Source: Aureliella sp. (GTDB taxonomy: Bacteria; Planctomycetota; Planctomycetia; Pirellulales; Pirellulaceae). Taken from it: a DNA stretch of 64,000 nucleotides. This document shows positions 59,154-64,000 of the stretch, piece by piece. The stretch is taken from assembly GCA_963691875.1 (NCBI GenBank), contig OY829846.1, positions 2,240,001 to 2,304,000 of the forward strand, read 5' to 3'. The translations under genes and the position numbers were made by a program. The stretch's first letter is position 1. Every line of letters starts with the position of its first letter. The notes under the pieces were generated by a model, which saw only the letters and a list, made by a program, of their open reading frames with translations, did no database searches and had not been told where the DNA came from.

Positions 59154-60596
59154 TTATTGTTCTGAGGCTTTAAAGGCCAACCGTCGGCCAAGAAAATAAA
59201 GTGCGACGACGCAAGCCGTGACAACTAGTGCCGACGCGGCGATGGGAATTTTTTCAAGCACCAACATCGGCAATCCGATCGTCAGCATGCCTCCGCCAAT
59301 GAAGGGCGATGATAGCGGCGCAGCCAAGGCGTAGTCTTCAGCTGCACCGGAATCTACTTTACGGTCCACAATCTTCAGTAGCGTAAAGCCTGTTGCGGTC
59401 GTGCCGGTCGACATGCCGTAGTTGATGATCCCCAACTGAAACCAGTAGTCCTTAGGCAGAAGTCGCGGGGCCAAGACGACTAGACAAAATCCTGTCCAGA
59501 GCAATGCCGCAACCAGCAAAATAAACAACGGTGTGGCGACGGCTTGTAGGGCTTGAATGTTGAGCAGCGTGATGGCGGCCACGATTAGGAAGTCCATCGA
59601 GATGGAACTAATACGTTGAATACTGGCCGTATCAATCAGATCCTCGATTCCGAACTTTCGCATGCCCAAGCGGACGATCAAACCACCAAAAAGTGTGTAA
59701 ATAAAGAGCGGAAAACTCCCAACGGTACCAGCCAGCGAGGTCCGTGATCGCAGGGCTTCTTCAGCCATGCTTTCAGCACTCTCTTCCGTGGCGACGGTTT
59801 GCTTTTGCGGCGATGCCGTCAAGCTCTTTACTGCTTGATGAGCGGTCCAGCCGATCCCAAAGGCGATTCCGACCAATACAACTTGAAGCAGCAATGGGTC
59901 AAGCACTTCCGATCGAATTCGAGCGAAAGCAGCAGGTTCATCCGAGCTGCGATTTTCAAGTCCTTGAATCAAGCTCACCGGACCTTCTTTCGCCCGCAAC
60001 CAACCACGACGAAGCGCTAGGTTGACGTAAATCACCCCAGTGGTCACGCTGAAAATCAATCCCATCGTGGCCATGAATATGCCGAGATCCCGCCCCGCTG
60101 GCAGTCCGACAGAGTCACTCTCTAACACATTTCCCATCGCAGAAGCGGTACCGTGTCCGCCTGCAAATCCAGTCTCAATCAAGATCCCAAAAGAATTGGG
60201 GACATCGAAGAAAGGCTGAATTAACAGCCAAGTGCACAGCAGACCGACCGCTGTTTGACCAAGAACAACAATCCACACCATGATGCCTTCACGGCTCGCC
60301 CCCGCCATGCTTTCTCGCATGGACTTGCTACTCTTTCGCTCGAGCAGCATGCAGGCGAACACAACAGAAATGAGAGTTCTGGGCCACGGATCAAGAGTCT
60401 CTTTGATCGGTTCCAGCCACGAAGAATCTGCGATCTCGCGTTGCTCAAGGACTGCGAACAGTTGCATTACACCAAAGCCAAGGAACCCAGCAACAATTGA
60501 AGCCGGGACGAAGCACCACTGTAGCAGCTTGACACGTACGCGCAGAAGCGTCCCGATCGCGAGTGCGACAATCACAAATAGCGTAGCGACGAGCAT
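59154..60596 (-). CDS. Sodium/glutamate symporter family protein (GltS-like)
   Basis: VPASIVAG, GFAGGHGTA and YGMSTGTTATG; more than 10 TMs. Confidence 0.88.
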   Translation of the reverse strand: MLVATLFVIVALAIGTLLRVRVKLLQWCFVPASIVAGFLGFGVMQLFAVLEQREIADSSWLEPIKETLDPWPRTLISVVFACMLLERKSSKSMRESMAGASREGIMVWIVVLGQTAVGLLCTWLLIQPFFDVPNSFGILIETGFAGGHGTASAMGNVLESDSVGLPAGRDLGIFMATMGLIFSVTTGVIYVNLALRRGWLRAKEGPVSLIQGLENRSSDEPAAFARIRSEVLDPLLLQVVLVGIAFGIGWTAHQAVKSLTASPQKQTVATEESAESMAEEALRSRTSLAGTVGSFPLFIYTLFGGLIVRLGMRKFGIEDLIDTASIQRISSISMDFLIVAAITLLNIQALQAVATPLFILLVAALLWTGFCLVVLAPRLLPKDYWFQLGIINYGMSTGTTATGFTLLKIVDRKVDSGAAEDYALAAPLSSPFIGGGMLTIGLPMLVLEKIPIAASALVVTACVVALYFLGRRLAFKASEQ

Positions 60597-60637
60597 CAAG
60601 CAAAGCCTTGGAACGCTAGGTCAACGGAGAAGCTTAG

Positions 60638-61597
60638 CTACTTGCGGCGTCCCTTGGGGTCCATATTCTTTTCCATGTCGCCATCTGCGAGTTTGGAAAC
60701 CACACCGGCCTCGGGCACTTCTACCTTGGTAACCCACACCAAAGCATTCAACACGACTTTACGGAAGTCTTCATTGCCCCAGTTGCGATGGTAGTGGCCA
60801 CCGGTGAAGCCAAATCCTCGGCCGCCATCAGGTCGTTCGACCACCCACATCATCGCTTCGCCTCGTGCGGCGTTGGCTTGAATGTGCTTGTAAGGGCCCT
60901 TTGGGTAAACGTAGGGACCGTTGCGAACTTTCTCGGAAGGACTCGCCACGAGAATCGGTTTGAATTTCATGCCATCGACCTCCGCTGGCTTGTCACCCGG
61001 TAAGTCAGCGACAAATCGCATATTGAAATACCACTCGTCCTCGACTTTGAAGGGCTGAACACCGCGTGTAATCGGGTGTTCTGGCAGCTCGCCGAATTCG
61101 GGTTCCCACATTGGATTGCAGGAAAACATGTGCTCATAGTGCCCTCCGATCCAACGTTTGAATTCTGCACCGGCTTGGTCCGTTACGATTTCGACACCGT
61201 AGTGCATGCAGCCAACGCCCACGCCTTTCTTCACCCAATCATCGACCAACTTGAGTCGTCGGCCTTTTTCCAGCACGACTTCGTGCCTTCCGCCGCCATC
61301 CATGTAAAACACGACGGCATCGGCTCCTTCGAATATCGACTCATCTTTGGGCCAACCGTTTAGCACAAAGTGAGCATCGAGTCCTTCGACCCTCTGAAGA
61401 CACTGATGAAGCAATTGAACTCCAGCGTTGAATTCATGTGCCCCTGGGCCATGCGAAGGCTTGCCAGCAATGATGACAAGTTTCTTTGCTTTGACTGGCT
61501 CTGTCGCTTCGACATCTGGAAGCCAGGCGAATAGGCCCATCAGGATGAAAATGCTAGTCAGAATTGGATTTGAAAAAAGAGTCGGAATTCGAGACAT
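60638..61597 (-). CDS. ThuA-like (class I glutamine amidotransferase-like) secreted protein
   Basis: IIAGKPSHGPGAHE, HPITRGV..F...DEWYF and GRGFGFTGGH...W. Confidence 0.88.
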   Translation of the reverse strand: MSRIPTLFSNPILTSIFILMGLFAWLPDVEATEPVKAKKLVIIAGKPSHGPGAHEFNAGVQLLHQCLQRVEGLDAHFVLNGWPKDESIFEGADAVVFYMDGGGRHEVVLEKGRRLKLVDDWVKKGVGVGCMHYGVEIVTDQAGAEFKRWIGGHYEHMFSCNPMWEPEFGELPEHPITRGVQPFKVEDEWYFNMRFVADLPGDKPAEVDGMKFKPILVASPSEKVRNGPYVYPKGPYKHIQANAARGEAMMWVVERPDGGRGFGFTGGHYHRNWGNEDFRKVVLNALVWVTKVEVPEAGVVSKLADGDMEKNMDPKGRRK

Positions 61598-61847
61598 AAA
61601 AGGATGCCATTGTGTGAAATAAAGCGGGTTGTTGCGTCGCGCCAGCTCGCAAGTTTTCGGGATCTATTGTACACGACTGCTTAGGGCGGAAGGCGAGTCA
61701 GAATCTGCAAGCCTAAGTTCGGTTTCAAGCAGTATTCCCTGGGGTGAAAACACCTGCCAATGGTAGAAGCTCTCCGGCCGTTCGCCTAGCGAAAGTTCAC
61801 TTCGGTAGAACTCGGAACCAGCGGCCGGAAAAAAAGAGTGACATAGG

Positions 61848-63326
61848 CTAGGATTTTCTTCCCAATTTCATCAGTTGCAAGAGCGCACGAAATCGCTCTT
61901 TCATACCGCTCGAGTGGAAGAAGTTCATGACTTCGGAGAGCAAATCAATGTTCTGGCTATCGTTCCTATTCAGATGAGGCAGCCATTTCCCGTGTCTCGA
62001 ACAAAGAACTTTGGGCCGCGTCATCTCACGAAGCCCCTCTGGCCCGCGCGTTACACCCCAGCCACTTCGACCGCGTCCACCAAAGGAAACGCGTGGGTCT
62101 CCCGTCGGCACGACCATGTCGTTGATGACAACACACCCCGCATCTATCTGTTCCGCCAAGAGCTCGGCGTGATTGTGAGGCGCAAATACGGCGGCTCCGA
62201 GAGAATAGGGGCAGTGCTTGTCGGCCTCAATAGCTTCACTCATGTCCGCAATCGTAAGGATCGAGGTCACAGGTGCAAACAAGTCGCTCTTCGCGACTTC
62301 CATTTGCGGAGTCACATTGCTTAGGACTAAGGGGAAATTCGTTGTAGTAGCCAGCTCGCCATGTAGCAAGTTGGCACCGCCTTCGATGGCGGACAAAGCA
62401 GCGGCCCTCGTCGTCTCAACTACGGAGGCCGGAAGCTGCAGTTCCGATTTTGAGCGAGATCCATTGGGATCTTCAGCGAGATACTCGAGCAACTTTTCTT
62501 CGAAGAGACTTTGATTTTCCAATGTGACAAAAACTCGGCGAGGTGCAATGCAGGTGGCCCCTCCGTTCAATTGCAACGCGAATGCAGTGCATCGTGCTGC
62601 CCTTTGCACATCAGCTTTGTCAGCAATAAAGACCGCGTCGCAGCCGCTCAGCTCCATCGTGGTGGGCGTCAATGAGTCGCTAAGTTCGCTAAGAACACTC
62701 TGCCCCGTCTTAGCCGACCCTGTGAGCACGACTTTATCAACTCCCAGCCTCATCGCCGCCTGCCCATACTCGACGCCGCTCGGCAGAATCTGCAGCAGGT
62801 CGCCTGGAATCTCCGCGTCAACCAAACATTGCTTGAGTATTTGAAGGACTTTCTCGCCTTGTGGAGCTGGCTTAATCACCACAGCATTGCCAGCAGCCAA
62901 GGCTTGAAGCGCCTGAACACCAGGAAGAAACAGGGGGTAGTTGGATGGGCCAAGTACTAAGATTGTTCCCCAGGGCTCTCGCGCAGTTCGAACCCGGATT
63001 TGGCCCATCCAGAGAGCAGCATGTCGCCAGCTGTGAGAACTAGGTGCAAGCAGCTGCCGGCCGCGTCGCGCGAGAAACTTGCAAGCGTCCGCAAGTGGAA
63101 AGACTTCGGACGTTAGGATCTCTGCAGGCGTTGCATTCGGACGATGCACCGCCTGGATCAAGTCATGCTTGGCTTTGGATAGATGCTGCGGTACACCGGC
63201 GAGAAGATTGAGGCGTTTCCTGACGAGCCGGCCAGCCCACTCCGCTTGAGCCGTCTTGGCTTGCTTCAACGCCTGCTCTACTTCCTGGGCCGGCCCGTGC
63301 TCAAAATCTGCTGTCGTCAATGCCAA
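61848..63326 (-). CDS. Aldehyde dehydrogenase, possibly C30-carotenoid (diapolycopenal) type
   Basis: PSNYP, LAAGNAVVIKP, LTGS, MELSG, NGGATCIAP and FGGRGRSGWG. Confidence 0.92.
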   Translation of the reverse strand: MALTTADFEHGPAQEVEQALKQAKTAQAEWAGRLVRKRLNLLAGVPQHLSKAKHDLIQAVHRPNATPAEILTSEVFPLADACKFLARRGRQLLAPSSHSWRHAALWMGQIRVRTAREPWGTILVLGPSNYPLFLPGVQALQALAAGNAVVIKPAPQGEKVLQILKQCLVDAEIPGDLLQILPSGVEYGQAAMRLGVDKVVLTGSAKTGQSVLSELSDSLTPTTMELSGCDAVFIADKADVQRAARCTAFALQLNGGATCIAPRRVFVTLENQSLFEEKLLEYLAEDPNGSRSKSELQLPASVVETTRAAALSAIEGGANLLHGELATTTNFPLVLSNVTPQMEVAKSDLFAPVTSILTIADMSEAIEADKHCPYSLGAAVFAPHNHAELLAEQIDAGCVVINDMVVPTGDPRVSFGGRGRSGWGVTRGPEGLREMTRPKVLCSRHGKWLPHLNRNDSQNIDLLSEVMNFFHSSGMKERFRALLQLMKLGRKS

Positions 63327-63344
63327 CTAGAAATCCCGTTTGAG

Positions 63345-63722
63345 CTAATTCACGACATCATTGTCAAGATCGTCGCCGGTGTTTTGGTTCGGGAACATGT
63401 CGCTGTCATCAGGGACGATTTCGTAGTCATCGTCTAGTTCCTCTTCAAAGTCATCATCAAAGTCGTCGTCGAAATCATCGTCATCAAAATCTTCAAACGG
63501 GTCATCCTCTTCCTCAACCGGAAGCTGCTCGTCGTCGCCAACTTCGTCATCGTCTTGATCGTCATCAGAGCTGTCCGAATCGGCATCGCCTTCGTCGTCA
63601 TCTCCCTCTGCAACCAATGTTTGTGCAAAGTTTGACGCGGCAACATCCGAATCCCCAGACAGAGTGAAGGCGTGGCTGGGAAGCAGTTGAATTAGGGCGT
63701 CGACAACAATCAACAGCGGCAT
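63345..63722 (-). CDS. Highly acidic low-complexity protein
   Basis: D/E-rich tract with DDFDDDFDDDFEEE repeats; 18 nt upstream of the aldehyde dehydrogenase; start uncertain. Confidence 0.65.
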   Translation of the reverse strand: MPLLIVVDALIQLLPSHAFTLSGDSDVAASNFAQTLVAEGDDDEGDADSDSSDDDQDDDEVGDDEQLPVEEEDDPFEDFDDDDFDDDFDDDFEEELDDDYEIVPDDSDMFPNQNTGDDLDNDVVN

Positions 63723-64000
63723 CGTGTTTCCTAGTTTCGATGGTGGAACGAGAGAATGGAGACTGCGAACACCCGCCCAGCCCGCCCCTCTTTTTAGGGG
63801 ATTGCGCCAGTAGTGACCACCGGGTCAGTTTAGCTAAGCAAACTGGGCAAACAATTCTCAACGCAAAAGTATCTCTGAGTAATCTTGGGCGACAAGGAGG
63901 AAGGCGAGAAATCTCATCAGAATGCTCGCAACTCACGCAATTTCAGTACTTTACGTTTAATTCCAGCAATACTTGAGACTTCAACCGACACTGGCGTCTT

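Overview
Bacterial chromosomal window that looks like a Planctomycete (Pirellulaceae-like), judged from gene content: sulfatase, PQQ-like propeller, ThuA-like, Zn-ribbon membrane proteins and a Lys/Ala histone-like protein. It has about 50 CDS, mostly housekeeping or secreted enzymes (ispG, hemC, pyrH-frr, U32/RlhA-like, M1 aminopeptidase, ABC transporter, GltS, CrtP-like desaturase, aldehyde dehydrogenase). I found no rRNA, tRNA, CRISPR array or intact mobile element. The standout is a 12-kb, 11-gene minus-strand cluster (44893-56979). It joins a chemosensory module lacking CheR/CheB (CheY-like, CheW, sensor-less MCP, CheA-REC, PatA-like REC) to an FHA/coiled-coil protein, a non-catalytic-looking FGE/SUMF1 domain protein, a Zn-ribbon TRAFAC GTPase and a GAP1-like partner. 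Also notable: a heavily structured leader upstream of the histone-like gene, a REP-like hairpin inside the chemosensory cluster, a stand-alone DUF1016/YhcG-N-like protein, and several single-base gene lesions. All family assignments come from motif recognition by eye; no database search was run.
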